Made by a program: the position numbers and the translations under genes
The notes under the pieces: generated by a model
What the model was told of the DNA's origin: nothing
Seen by the model: the letters and a program-made list of their open reading frames with translations, nothing else
The model's database searches: none
Assembly (NCBI GenBank): GCA_964618925.1
Contig: CAZUCZ010000002.1
Location: 1-48,299 of the forward strand
Origin: an uncultured Candidatus Saccharibacteria bacterium
GTDB taxonomy: Bacteria > Patescibacteriota > Minisyncoccia > Phycocordibacterales > UBA9973
Length of the DNA: 48,299 nucleotides
Direction: 5' to 3'
In this document: positions 1-8,804 of the stretch, in pieces
Position numbering within the stretch: position 1 is the stretch's first letter
Layout: the number at the start of each line of letters is the position of its first letter

Positions 1-1862
1 GTGTTGCCGCTGCCGGAGGAATGGCAACTTTTGCTGGTCTGAGAGCGGTACGTGGACTGCTCAGTAATACAACAGGACAGCTCGCGGGAAAAGTTTTTGA
101 TAAGGCTCATGATTGGTTATTTAAGAAAAAATCAGCAGCAAAGAAACAAGCTGAGGAAGAGAAATTATCACAACAATTTACTGAGATTAGCTACGCGACC
201 TTAAAAGTAGGTCAGGTGTCGCATGCTAAAATCCTAGAACAACAATATAAAGCAGATAGAAACAAACTCATCACCAAAGCTGCCATCACCCTCGCTGCAG
301 GTGGACTCACTTCATATAGTGCAGGGTATGCAACACACAGCATTTCAGATCAAATACATCAATCATCAGGTGCAAAAGTAGAAACGACAGAAGCGCCAAC
401 CACGGGGGGTAACCCAGTCCAAGATTCTAGTTATCAAAAATTAAAAAATTGGGTAAATAGTTTTTGGGACAAGGACTCAACGAGTAAAACAAACCCATCA
501 GGCACACCTCCAAAAATATCTGAAGTTGAAACTGGAGATAAAAAAACAGCAGATCTTGGCAGTTCAAATGATCTGTTTAAAAAAGAAGGTAGTTCTGCTG
601 CAGAAACAAAAACCTCAACGGTAGGGAAATTTGAAAATCAAGGAATTGGATTTGAAAAGGGTAGCGGCAAGGGTGCGATCGCAGCTATTAAAGATCTGCA
701 AGAGCAAATTAAAATCAAGTATCCAGAAGGAGATTATTCAAAAGCGCCACAAGGTGTGCAAGATTTTATGGCAGAAAAAGACCCGACAAAGCTTGCTATC
801 AAGTTAGGATTTTATGATCCAAAAGCACCAAAGGAAAGCGCTTTGATTCAAGAAGGCTCAATATTGAAATTCAACAACGAAGGTAAACTTGTCTTTGGTA
901 AACCTGATGCAGAAGGAAATATCTCTGAACTTGGAGAAAAATATAAAGGCAAAATGATCGACACGGATCACCACACCAAGGCTCCAAAGCATCACCATGG
1001 TGCTAAAACAACACAAGAAACGCATAAAATAAAAGTGCTCAAGCATCGCATCCATAAAGTTTTGACACCAGACGATACAAAAACCCCAGAACTCAACAAA
1101 ACAAATACTCTGGAAATAGAAAATACGCAGAAAAATAACCCTCCACAAACAGAGACCACAGAACAAGATTTTTCCAATAAAAAACTTAGACCTCTAAATA
1201 CACTTGAACACGGTAGTGATAATATTGAAAATGTTTCACAGTCTTCTAAAGAAGTCGCAAAAGGTGCTAAAACCATTACCGAAACAGAAGCCCTAAAAGA
1301 TAGCACCACTACAGAGAAAGCTACCGAAGCAAACATAAAAGCAAAACTAGATGAAAACTTTAAAAAAGATACTGGGGCAGACGAAGAAACTTCTCTAAAG
1401 AAAAAGCCAGAAACACAAAAAATAAATATTGATGGTGAACAAAACAAAAGCGCTGCACTAGACAAACATCCAGAGCTAAAAGGTACAAAATTTGCAGAAT
1501 CCAATCTCCCAGAAGAAAAGGTGAAAGTAGCTTACGAAATTCACAAAAAGAACATAGAAAAGTTTTATACAGGTGGCAGAGGATTGTCTGCCTTGGGTTT
1601 CAAGTCAGGTCTCGCTGGGTTTAATGATCAACTTGGAGAAGCCAGAGCAGCAAATTTCATAGTAGCAAAGACGGATGGCGAAGAGCCTATAGTAAAATAT
1701 ATCAACATAGTCGCAAAAAAGGCTGGATTTGTGCCTGGAGTAGACCAAACCACAGGAAAAGACGAGACGTTGAAGCAATTCCTTGAAAGATGCACACTCA
1801 AACTTACAGAAGAAGGCAAACTAGATGAAATCAAAGACATCAAGCTCGATATGAAAAAGTAA
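1..1862 (+). CDS. Hypothetical Lys/Glu/Thr-rich, mostly low-complexity protein; 5' end probably cut by the window edge
   Basis: The frame of ORF 21..1862 stays open back to base 3 (VAAAGG precedes the first Met). There is one hydrophobic segment (ITKAAITLAAGGLTSYSAGYA) followed by a long K/E/T-rich tract. No catalytic motif recognised. Confidence 0.5.
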   Translation, partial: VAAAGGMATFAGLRAVRGLLSNTTGQLAGKVFDKAHDWLFKKKSAAKKQAEEEKLSQQFTEISYATLKVGQVSHAKILEQQYKADRNKLITKAAITLAAGGLTSYSAGYATHSISDQIHQSSGAKVETTEAPTTGGNPVQDSSYQKLKNWVNSFWDKDSTSKTNPSGTPPKISEVETGDKKTADLGSSNDLFKKEGSSAAETKTSTVGKFENQGIGFEKGSGKGAIAAIKDLQEQIKIKYPEGDYSKAPQGVQDFMAEKDPTKLAIKLGFYDPKAPKESALIQEGSILKFNNEGKLVFGKPDAEGNISELGEKYKGKMIDTDHHTKAPKHHHGAKTTQETHKIKVLKHRIHKVLTPDDTKTPELNKTNTLEIENTQKNNPPQTETTEQDFSNKKLRPLNTLEHGSDNIENVSQSSKEVAKGAKTITETEALKDSTTTEKATEANIKAKLDENFKKDTGADEETSLKKKPETQKINIDGEQNKSAALDKHPELKGTKFAESNLPEEKVKVAYEIHKKNIEKFYTGGRGLSALGFKSGLAGFNDQLGEARAANFIVAKTDGEEPIVKYINIVAKKAGFVPGVDQTTGKDETLKQFLERCTLKLTEEGKLDEIKDIKLDMKK

Positions 1863-1884
1863 GATTATTAGTAAATATAAAATT

Positions 1885-2190
1885 ATGAACCCAATCAATA
1901 AAAATATTGTACATGCACTCGAAATAGACAAACTCCCACCCGAAGAACAACAGGAAATCATTGTCCGCGTTGGGGCACTCATATACCAAAACGTGCTTAT
2001 GCGTGTCATGGAAACAATGCCACAAGCAGACCAAGATGAATTTGAAAAGATACTCGACAAAAACGCTGGTCCTGAAGAAATATTTACCTTTTTGAAAAAC
2101 AAAGTTCCTGACTTTGAACAAGTCATTGACGAAGAAGCAATAAAGTTTCGGGATAAGGCAAATAGCATCATGGATCAAATAGGGAACTAA
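1885..2190 (+). CDS. Small helical conserved hypothetical protein (resembles the DUF5663-type proteins common in CPR genomes, from memory)
   Basis: 101-aa ORF. The pattern LPPEEQQEII...LMRVMETM...DEFEKIL...EEIFTFLKNKVPDF matches my recollection of that family. Needs an HMM check. Confidence 0.5.
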   Translation: MNPINKNIVHALEIDKLPPEEQQEIIVRVGALIYQNVLMRVMETMPQADQDEFEKILDKNAGPEEIFTFLKNKVPDFEQVIDEEAIKFRDKANSIMDQIGN

Positions 2191-2196
2191 ACTTTG

Positions 2197-2205
2197 TGCT
2201 ATATT
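2197..2205 (+). promoter_or_regulatory. Extended -10 (TGcTATATT) 7 nt upstream of the pcrA ATG; leaderless-type promoter
   Basis: Sequence tgctatatt sits at 2197-2205 and the ATG at 2213. No Shine-Dalgarno sequence in between. Confidence 0.4.
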
Positions 2206-2212
2206 GTATAGC

Positions 2213-4249
2213 ATGGATCATTTAGAAGGATTAAATAACGAACAAAAAGAAGCGGCACTACATATGGATGGTCCGCTTCTTATTGTTGCAGGGGCAGGAG
2301 CCGGAAAAACTAAGACAATCACCCATAGAATTGTAAACCTCATTAAAAACGGCGTGCCACCACACGAGATCCTCGCGGTCACCTTTACTAATAAAGCCGC
2401 CAAAGAAATGCGTGAGCGCATCACACACGAGATTGAGAAGCACTCTCAAGGGTTACAAGAACAAGACAGCATGCCTTTTGTGAGTACGTTTCACTCACTC
2501 GGAGTATATATCATCAAAGAAAATGCGCGTTTACTCGGGCTTACAAAGTATTTCACAATCCTCGATGAAGGAGATGCAAATAGCATGATCAAAGAAATAC
2601 TTAAGGAACTCAGCCTCGACCCAAAACAATATGAACCTAAAAAAATAAAGAACATTATCTCGAGACAAAAAGGGAAGTTTATTCACGTGAGTGAGTATGC
2701 TGAGATGGAGAATGGAAGCGGAGGTGGAACGATGGGTAGGGTGGTTGCGCAAGTCTGGAATCTCTATGAACAAAAGAAAGCCAAAGAAAATGCACTCGAT
2801 TTTGATGACCTCCTCTTAAAAGCCACAAAGTTACTCAAGGATAATGCGGAGATCAGATCGATGTACCAAGAACGATGGAAATACATACACATCGACGAGT
2901 ATCAGGACACGAACGAAGTGCAATACCTCATGTCAAAACTACTTTCAGAAAAACACAAGAACATCGTGGTGGTGGGGGATGCAGATCAAAACATTTATTC
3001 ATGGCGTGGGGCAAATCTGAAAAATATTCTAAATTTTGAAAAAGATTATCCCAATGCACGGATCATTATGCTCGAACAAAATTACAGATCTACACAAAAC
3101 ATCCTCGAAGCAGCGAACGTAATAATCAAGAAAAATAAATACCGCCCCGACAAAAACCTATTCACTAAAAACGAACCAGGAGAAAAAATAAGTCTCTATG
3201 AAGCGATCGATGAAACAGATGAAGCAGATTTTGTGGCAACTAAAATTTTAGAACTTATGGATGAAGGACAAGGTGTTTACGAGGGAAGCCTTGGGAGGAG
3301 TGTCGACGACGGACAGAGAGAATTTTCAGCAGAAAATTCTCGTGCTGAGTCCGGAAACATCTTGTCTGGAATTGCTGTTTTATATCGTGCAAATTTTCAA
3401 TCTCGCGTATTAGAAGAAGCGCTACTTAGATACAATGTACCGTATCAAGTACTCGGTATTAAATTCTTTGAACGAAAAGAAATAAAAGACACACTCGCAT
3501 ATCTGCGTGCGGCACTCAACCCACAAAGCTTGTCTGACATCAGAAGAATCATAAACTTCCCTGCACGAGGCATAGGCAAAGTAACCATCGCCAAAATATT
3601 TGCAGGCGAAACTGAAAATTTACCTATCAAAATAAGGGTTAAAATCAATACTTTCTATTCGACCCTTGAAGAAATAAAAGAAAAAATAGCGAGCGATACT
3701 GCAAGCCAAGTTATAAAATTTGTGGTGAAAAAATCGGGGATTGAACAAGAATTATCTACCGGATCAGAAGAAAATATGGAGAGGCTCGAAAACATAAAAG
3801 AGCTTGCGACACTCGCTCTCAAGTATGACAACCTAACCGAAGGTAAGGGGATAGAGAAACTTTTAGAAGATGCATCGCTTGCCTCAGACCAAGACAGTAT
3901 CATGGTAAACCAAGAAAAAAAGAACAACAAAAATGTAAATGCGATAAAACTCATGACGGTACATGCTGCAAAGGGGCTCGAATTCAAATACGTGTTTGTG
4001 GTCGGACTCGAAGAAGGACTCTTCCCATACGAACGAATGGGTGGCGATGAAACAGACAGCGAAGAAGAACGCAGACTTTTTTACGTTGCTATCACCCGAG
4101 CACGTAGTAAACTTTACTTATCGTTTACAAATTTCCGTACGATCTTTGGATCACGACAGATCAACACACCTTCAGAATTTATCTCCGACATCCCCGCAGA
4201 CATTTTAGAAAAGGAGGGGGAGGTCGGCATAAAAACAATTTACATATGA
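2213..4249 (+). CDS. pcrA: ATP-dependent DNA helicase, UvrD/PcrA family
   Basis: Helicase motif I AGAGAGKTKT, motif II DEYQDTN, and the C-terminal VHAAKGLEF...RLFYVAITRA motifs. The track start at 2204 is TTG; the in-frame ATG at 2213 (MDHLEGLNNEQ) is preferred. Confidence 0.9.
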   Translation: MDHLEGLNNEQKEAALHMDGPLLIVAGAGAGKTKTITHRIVNLIKNGVPPHEILAVTFTNKAAKEMRERITHEIEKHSQGLQEQDSMPFVSTFHSLGVYIIKENARLLGLTKYFTILDEGDANSMIKEILKELSLDPKQYEPKKIKNIISRQKGKFIHVSEYAEMENGSGGGTMGRVVAQVWNLYEQKKAKENALDFDDLLLKATKLLKDNAEIRSMYQERWKYIHIDEYQDTNEVQYLMSKLLSEKHKNIVVVGDADQNIYSWRGANLKNILNFEKDYPNARIIMLEQNYRSTQNILEAANVIIKKNKYRPDKNLFTKNEPGEKISLYEAIDETDEADFVATKILELMDEGQGVYEGSLGRSVDDGQREFSAENSRAESGNILSGIAVLYRANFQSRVLEEALLRYNVPYQVLGIKFFERKEIKDTLAYLRAALNPQSLSDIRRIINFPARGIGKVTIAKIFAGETENLPIKIRVKINTFYSTLEEIKEKIASDTASQVIKFVVKKSGIEQELSTGSEENMERLENIKELATLALKYDNLTEGKGIEKLLEDASLASDQDSIMVNQEKKNNKNVNAIKLMTVHAAKGLEFKYVFVVGLEEGLFPYERMGGDETDSEEERRLFYVAITRARSKLYLSFTNFRTIFGSRQINTPSEFISDIPADILEKEGEVGIKTIYI

Positions 4250-4264
4250 TAGAATACATAAATT

Positions 4265-4349
4265 AAACTTTTAGCCGGTACGGATTTTTTGAAGCTTAAA
4301 AAATCCTGAAATTCTCGGTTCGACAACCTCGAAACCCCTTTAAAAGTTT
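4265..4349 (+). repeat. 85-bp structured intergenic repeat, family A, copy 1
   Basis: aaacttttagccggtacggattttttgaagcttaaaaa...cccctttaaaagttt. The termini aaactttta/taaaagttt are complementary. An internal 9-bp hairpin ggatttttt/aaaaaatcc is present. Two further copies lie at 44341 and 47928. Confidence 0.8.
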
Positions 4350-4371
4350 ATTTATGTATCTATAGAAATTT

Positions 4372-5157
4372 ATGAAAGCAAAAAAATCATTAGGACAAAA
4401 TTTCTTAAAATCAACCCTGGCTCTAAAGAAAATTATAGAAGCGGGTGAAATCAAAAAAGAAGATTCCATATTAGAGATTGGACCCGGCAAAGGTGCACTC
4501 ACAGAAAAAATATTAGAGAAGGCGGGTACCGTGATAGCTGTAGAAAAAGACAACGAACTCTTTGAGTTCCTAAAAGTTAAATTTGAAAAAGAAATTGCAG
4601 ATAAAAAATTAATCTTGCTCAATGAAGACATTTTAGAATTCAGTATAAAGAAAACTGCAAAACATTTTTCTTATAAAATAATTGCCAATATTCCCTATAA
4701 CATCACAGGGTCCATATTGAAAAAATTCCTCACTGCAGAAAACCAGCCTGAAAAGATGGTGCTAATGGTGCAGCACGAAGTGGCAAAGCGCATCATCGCA
4801 CATGATGGCAAGGAAAGCATCTTATCAATATCCGTAAAGGCGTATGGAACACCCAAAATGATCATGAAGGTGCCGGCACGGTATTTTTCACCTGCCCCAA
4901 GGGTGGATTCTGCAGTTATTGCCATATCTGACATATCACGTGCGTTTTTCAGTAAAAACACGATAAATGAAGAGGATTTTTGGGAAATAGTCAAAGCAGG
5001 CTTTGCCCACAAGAGAAAAAAGTTGTCTAGCAACCTTAAAACTCTAAAAACGTTTAAAAATAAAGGTTTTTTGGCAAAATTAGCGGAACTCGGAGACAAA
5101 CGAGCTGAAACATTGAGTCTTTTAGAGTGGAAAAGTCTGTGTAAAAATAACGATTAG
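4372..5157 (+). CDS. rsmA: 16S rRNA (adenine1518/adenine1519-N6)-dimethyltransferase RsmA/KsgA
   Basis: N-terminal KKSLGQNFL motif, SAM-binding motif EIGPGKGALT, NIPYNIT motif. Confidence 0.9.
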   Translation: MKAKKSLGQNFLKSTLALKKIIEAGEIKKEDSILEIGPGKGALTEKILEKAGTVIAVEKDNELFEFLKVKFEKEIADKKLILLNEDILEFSIKKTAKHFSYKIIANIPYNITGSILKKFLTAENQPEKMVLMVQHEVAKRIIAHDGKESILSISVKAYGTPKMIMKVPARYFSPAPRVDSAVIAISDISRAFFSKNTINEEDFWEIVKAGFAHKRKKLSSNLKTLKTFKNKGFLAKLAELGDKRAETLSLLEWKSLCKNND

Positions 5158-5168
5158 CGGCGATATCC

Positions 5169-5522
5169 CTAAAAACCGGAAGGTAAAGATGTACCTATCA
5201 CCCTAATAACCCCCGTCATCGGAATTGAAGGGAGCGGATACGGCTGTATGCACGTACCACCCGGCGAGTATGTGCCCAGTGACAGTATTTTAACAAAAGG
5301 AATAAAAGACCCATAAAGGTAAACTTTAGATGTTGGAGATAATAAAAGGGGTTTACCATTTACAGACAAATAAAGACCATTGGTGCATAAAAATGTAGGT
5401 TGGTATATAGTAACACCACCAAAACTAACAAAAGCATTAATTTTTTTATAGAAAATTAAGTTACCAAATACTATTACACTAAATATCAGAATGAATAGCG
5501 CGACGTGTTTAACTGTGCTCAT
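5169..5522 (-). CDS. Hypothetical small protein with an N-terminal membrane anchor (117 aa)
   Basis: Internal Met of minus ORF 5169..6038 (MSTVKHVALFILIFSVIVFGNLIFY...). The longer version would overlap the plus-strand gene at 5563. TACAAT lies 6 nt upstream of this ATG. Confidence 0.45.
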   Translation of the reverse strand: MSTVKHVALFILIFSVIVFGNLIFYKKINAFVSFGGVTIYQPTFLCTNGLYLSVNGKPLLLSPTSKVYLYGSFIPFVKILSLGTYSPGGTCIQPYPLPSIPMTGVIRVIGTSLPSGF

Positions 5523-5562
5523 ATATACATTGTACATGAGATGAATTATTACACAAATATCC

Positions 5563-6525
5563 TTGTACACAGTGTTTGTTTGTTGGTATACTATATACAT
5601 AGAAAAGTTATATTGGTTAAAACAAAAAAAGGTAATCTTTATAGCCCTTGCGGTGGTGTTTTTGGTTGCACTTTTTCTTTCCAAGAACCAAACACTTTTC
5701 ACAAACAAGAGAGAAGACGGCTTAGTGTACAACGGCAATGAGAAAATAGGGGACCTTGTAAACCGAGACACTGATGGCGACACTGTTCCTGATTGGCAAG
5801 AAGCCTTATATGGCACGAGCCCCACAAAAAAAGACACAAATGATGATGGAATTCCAGACAACGTAGAGATCGCGCGACTCAGTAGCCAAAACATACAAAA
5901 TGGGGAATTAAATCTCAATGGATCAGGGGACCCCAGCGAACCAAATTTAAATGAAACAGATAAATTATCTCGAGAATTATTCTCTACTATGGCAGCACTA
6001 AACCAAGCAGGCACCATAGACCAAAACACCGTAGACACACTCAGTAGTTCTTTGATTAGTAAGATCCAGGATTCAGCCCCTCAAAAAGTATTTTTATATT
6101 CTGACCTAAAAATTTCAAAATCTGATACAAAGCAAGCTGCTAAAGCATATAATGACAATTTAACTAAACTATATACAAAATACCCGATCAAAAATACAGT
6201 TCCAGATGTCCTCGACAAATTCATCGTAGATGAAAATACCGTGGATGAAAGTGTGCTTGTAGAGCTCGACCCGATACTTAAACAATTTAATAATATCCTT
6301 ACTGCGATGTCTGCCCTCGAAGTACCACGAAGTCTGGCGCTTGTTCACCTCGATGTCTTAAATAAGATGCAAAAAGTTTCACAAAACATAAGTGATATTA
6401 GAATGTATGACACAGATATCGTGGTCGCAATGCGTGGCATAACACAATATCAAGCGAACGCAGATGCATTAGACGTTAGCTTGGGGAATCTTGATAAAAT
6501 GATCACCCAAAAATTGAAACAATAA
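5563..6525 (+). CDS. Hypothetical membrane-anchored protein with Asp-rich calcium-binding-type (thrombospondin type 3-like) repeats
   Basis: TM segment VIFIALAVVFLVALFL, then DTDGDTVPDWQE and DTNDDGIPD motifs. The start is uncertain (TTG 5563 or GTG 5572). Confidence 0.6.
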   Translation: MYTVFVCWYTIYIEKLYWLKQKKVIFIALAVVFLVALFLSKNQTLFTNKREDGLVYNGNEKIGDLVNRDTDGDTVPDWQEALYGTSPTKKDTNDDGIPDNVEIARLSSQNIQNGELNLNGSGDPSEPNLNETDKLSRELFSTMAALNQAGTIDQNTVDTLSSSLISKIQDSAPQKVFLYSDLKISKSDTKQAAKAYNDNLTKLYTKYPIKNTVPDVLDKFIVDENTVDESVLVELDPILKQFNNILTAMSALEVPRSLALVHLDVLNKMQKVSQNISDIRMYDTDIVVAMRGITQYQANADALDVSLGNLDKMITQKLKQ

Positions 6526-6543
6526 ATAAAAATATTGTATAAT
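6514..6543 (+). promoter_or_regulatory. Putative sigma70-type promoter TTGAAA-18 nt-TATAAT ahead of the T4SS-like operon
   Basis: ttgaaa at 6514-6519 and tataat at 6538-6543, 20 nt before the ATG at 6564. Confidence 0.4.
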
Positions 6544-6563
6544 TATAAGTACTATATAGAAAA

Positions 6564-8663
6564 ATGACAGCTCGATATAAATTAAAAAATAAAATAATTT
6601 CTCTACTTATAATCAGTGCAATATTTACTCCGGCAGTGTTACTCTCTACCCCTAAAATAATACACGCCCAGACTGACGAAGTTCGAGTCAACGATACAAA
6701 AGCAAACGCTACATTAAAAACAATATCAGCAGCCACAAAAACGAGCAGTACCACAGATACAAAAAGTTGGGCAAGAAGACTCGCGGAGGATGTACTAAAA
6801 GCATTTGCTAGAAAGCTCCTCGCACAGATGACCCAAGCCACCGTCAACTGGATCAATACTGGTTTTCATGGCGCACCATTGTTCGTAGAAAACCCTGGAA
6901 GCTTTTTTAAAGATATTGCAAAATCAGAAATCAAAGACCTGGTCACCATCATCGGATATAATAATTCCAAATTCCCATTTGGAAAATCCACTGCGATTGG
7001 TATCATAGATGACTTCAAAAATAAATTTGCTCAGAATGCACAATATTCACTCAGTAAAGTCACAAATGACCGAGTACTCATAGATAATTTCCAGACTGAC
7101 TTTAATGTAGGTGGCTGGGATGGATTCCTCCTCACTACTCAATTCCCACAGAATAACCCTATTGGTTTCCATATGCTTGTGGCGGAAGAGCTCGCCAAGA
7201 AACTCAAAGATAATGACCCATCAGATACTGACATTATCAAACAAACACTCCAGCAAGGACAAGGCTTTTTGTCTCCACAAATGTGCCCAGCAGACATAAA
7301 CCCAAATTATAATAATTTACAAAATCAATTTAAAAAACCAACATTTAAACCAAAACCATACACAGGATCATTTGATTGTTCGAGCGCAGCTGATGAACAA
7401 GAATATGCATCTTGCATGTATCAAAAAGGACAAGACGAAGAAGCGCAACAAGCAAAAGATTATGCAGAGTGGAGTAAAACTAATACGTGCCTAAAACCTG
7501 ATGGCACGAGCGGACTCGTAAACACAACTCCTGGCTCTGTAGTCGGTGGGCAGATCATTAAAGCCCTCGGTGCATCGACATTTGATTCTACCGTCCTCGC
7601 AGGATCTCTCGGCAACAGCCTCTCTGCGATTTTCGATGCACTCTTAAATAAATTCATGTCTTCTGGATTAAATGCGCTGTCAAACAAAATAAATGGCACC
7701 GGTGGTGGAAATAACACCCCAGATGATTTTAGTTATGATGGACACACACTCGGCACTGACACTACGAACACCACGACGACATCCACAAATAATAATTTTA
7801 ATTGGAATGGACCAGATGAAGTCATCGTCTTAGACAGCTTCAAGCAACAAGTCCAAGCTGCTATCGACGCCGCAAACAAAGAACTTCTCTTGATAGATAA
7901 TGCGGCTCTTTCCACGCCAACCACAAACGCATCTCCGGGAGTATTACAGATGTTCAATAAGATCTGGGGCAAAGAACAAGAGCTTGATATGTGTGTACCA
8001 GGACCAGATATTAATTGGCAAGACAGGGTAGACGGAGAAGTGGAGCGTATCAATAGCAACCTGACTACTTCGATCTATGCAGACCCTGCCACCATAGCTG
8101 CGACCGAAAACGCTACCCGTGCTGCTGCGGAAACATTTAAAAACACAGTGCTTGCAGCCATGAAGGCTGAACTTCCGAGTGCTGCAAGTTATATAAACTC
8201 ATTGAGTGCTATCAAACCGATCAATCAACAAGCAGTGGACCTCACAGAAAGGGAAGGTGTTCTGATAGACAATCTGATCCGTCTTAATGCAATAAACTCT
8301 GAATTAAGCTCTATCAACACCCAGCCAGACCCGGGCACTGATGCTGAGACAAACTTGATACAACTCAAACAGAGATTTAATGCAATGATCCTCGACATAT
8401 CTAGTACTGGCACATTAACCGACACACAAAACAAACTCGCTGATGCAACAGCAAAGTTTAATAACCTATCAGCACTTTCGACTAAATGCACCACAGAACG
8501 CACTGCTAAAGGCTGGAGTATCCCAGGAGGAGCAGAAAGCGCATTTTCACACCTCGACACCGTCACTACAGAAAAATACGCTTTCTGTGATGTATTTATG
8601 AATTTCGGAGCGAACTGCGATACGATATACAGAGCGAATATTACAGACTACAAGAAGAATTAG
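6564..8663 (+). CDS. Large secreted hypothetical protein (699 aa), first gene of the T4SS-like cluster
   Basis: Signal-peptide-like N-terminus (LLIISAIFTPAVLLSTPKIIHAQ). Long uninterrupted ORF. No domain recognised. Confidence 0.7.
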   Translation: MTARYKLKNKIISLLIISAIFTPAVLLSTPKIIHAQTDEVRVNDTKANATLKTISAATKTSSTTDTKSWARRLAEDVLKAFARKLLAQMTQATVNWINTGFHGAPLFVENPGSFFKDIAKSEIKDLVTIIGYNNSKFPFGKSTAIGIIDDFKNKFAQNAQYSLSKVTNDRVLIDNFQTDFNVGGWDGFLLTTQFPQNNPIGFHMLVAEELAKKLKDNDPSDTDIIKQTLQQGQGFLSPQMCPADINPNYNNLQNQFKKPTFKPKPYTGSFDCSSAADEQEYASCMYQKGQDEEAQQAKDYAEWSKTNTCLKPDGTSGLVNTTPGSVVGGQIIKALGASTFDSTVLAGSLGNSLSAIFDALLNKFMSSGLNALSNKINGTGGGNNTPDDFSYDGHTLGTDTTNTTTTSTNNNFNWNGPDEVIVLDSFKQQVQAAIDAANKELLLIDNAALSTPTTNASPGVLQMFNKIWGKEQELDMCVPGPDINWQDRVDGEVERINSNLTTSIYADPATIAATENATRAAAETFKNTVLAAMKAELPSAASYINSLSAIKPINQQAVDLTEREGVLIDNLIRLNAINSELSSINTQPDPGTDAETNLIQLKQRFNAMILDISSTGTLTDTQNKLADATAKFNNLSALSTKCTTERTAKGWSIPGGAESAFSHLDTVTTEKYAFCDVFMNFGANCDTIYRANITDYKKN

Positions 8664-8697
8664 TGTTTGTTTTGTTTTTAAGTTTTTTACCATATAT

Positions 8698-8804
8698 ACC
8701 TGTCCCGTACTAAATTTTTGATTCAATTATATTAAGAAAAATGATTATAAAAGATAAAATTAAATTAATATCAAAAGCTAAAAGTAAAATTTTAGTACTG
8801 GGAT
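8698..8804 (+). repeat. CCCGTA-hairpin repeat, family B, copy 1
   Basis: Left arm acctgtcccgtactaaattttt (8698-) and inverted right arm aaaattttagtactggga (8787-8804). The right arm lies inside the first codons of the 8741 ORF. Confidence 0.7.

Noticed and set aside
858-2214. Several minus-strand ORFs (858..1166, 992..1504, 1628..1843, 1821..2171, 1840..2214) overlapping the plus-strand genes
   Set aside because: These are shadow ORFs antisense to long, coherent plus-strand coding regions. Their translations are Cys/Phe/Ser-rich low-complexity sequences typical of reverse frames. The same reasoning applies to 10144..10653, 14793..15386, 35609..35968, 42214..42828 and the other antisense or off-frame ORFs in the track.
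5169-6038. Full 289-aa minus-strand ORF
   Set aside because: Its upstream two thirds run antisense through the plus-strand gene at 5563..6525 and have shadow-frame composition. Only the distal part, from the internal Met at 5522, looks like a real gene.
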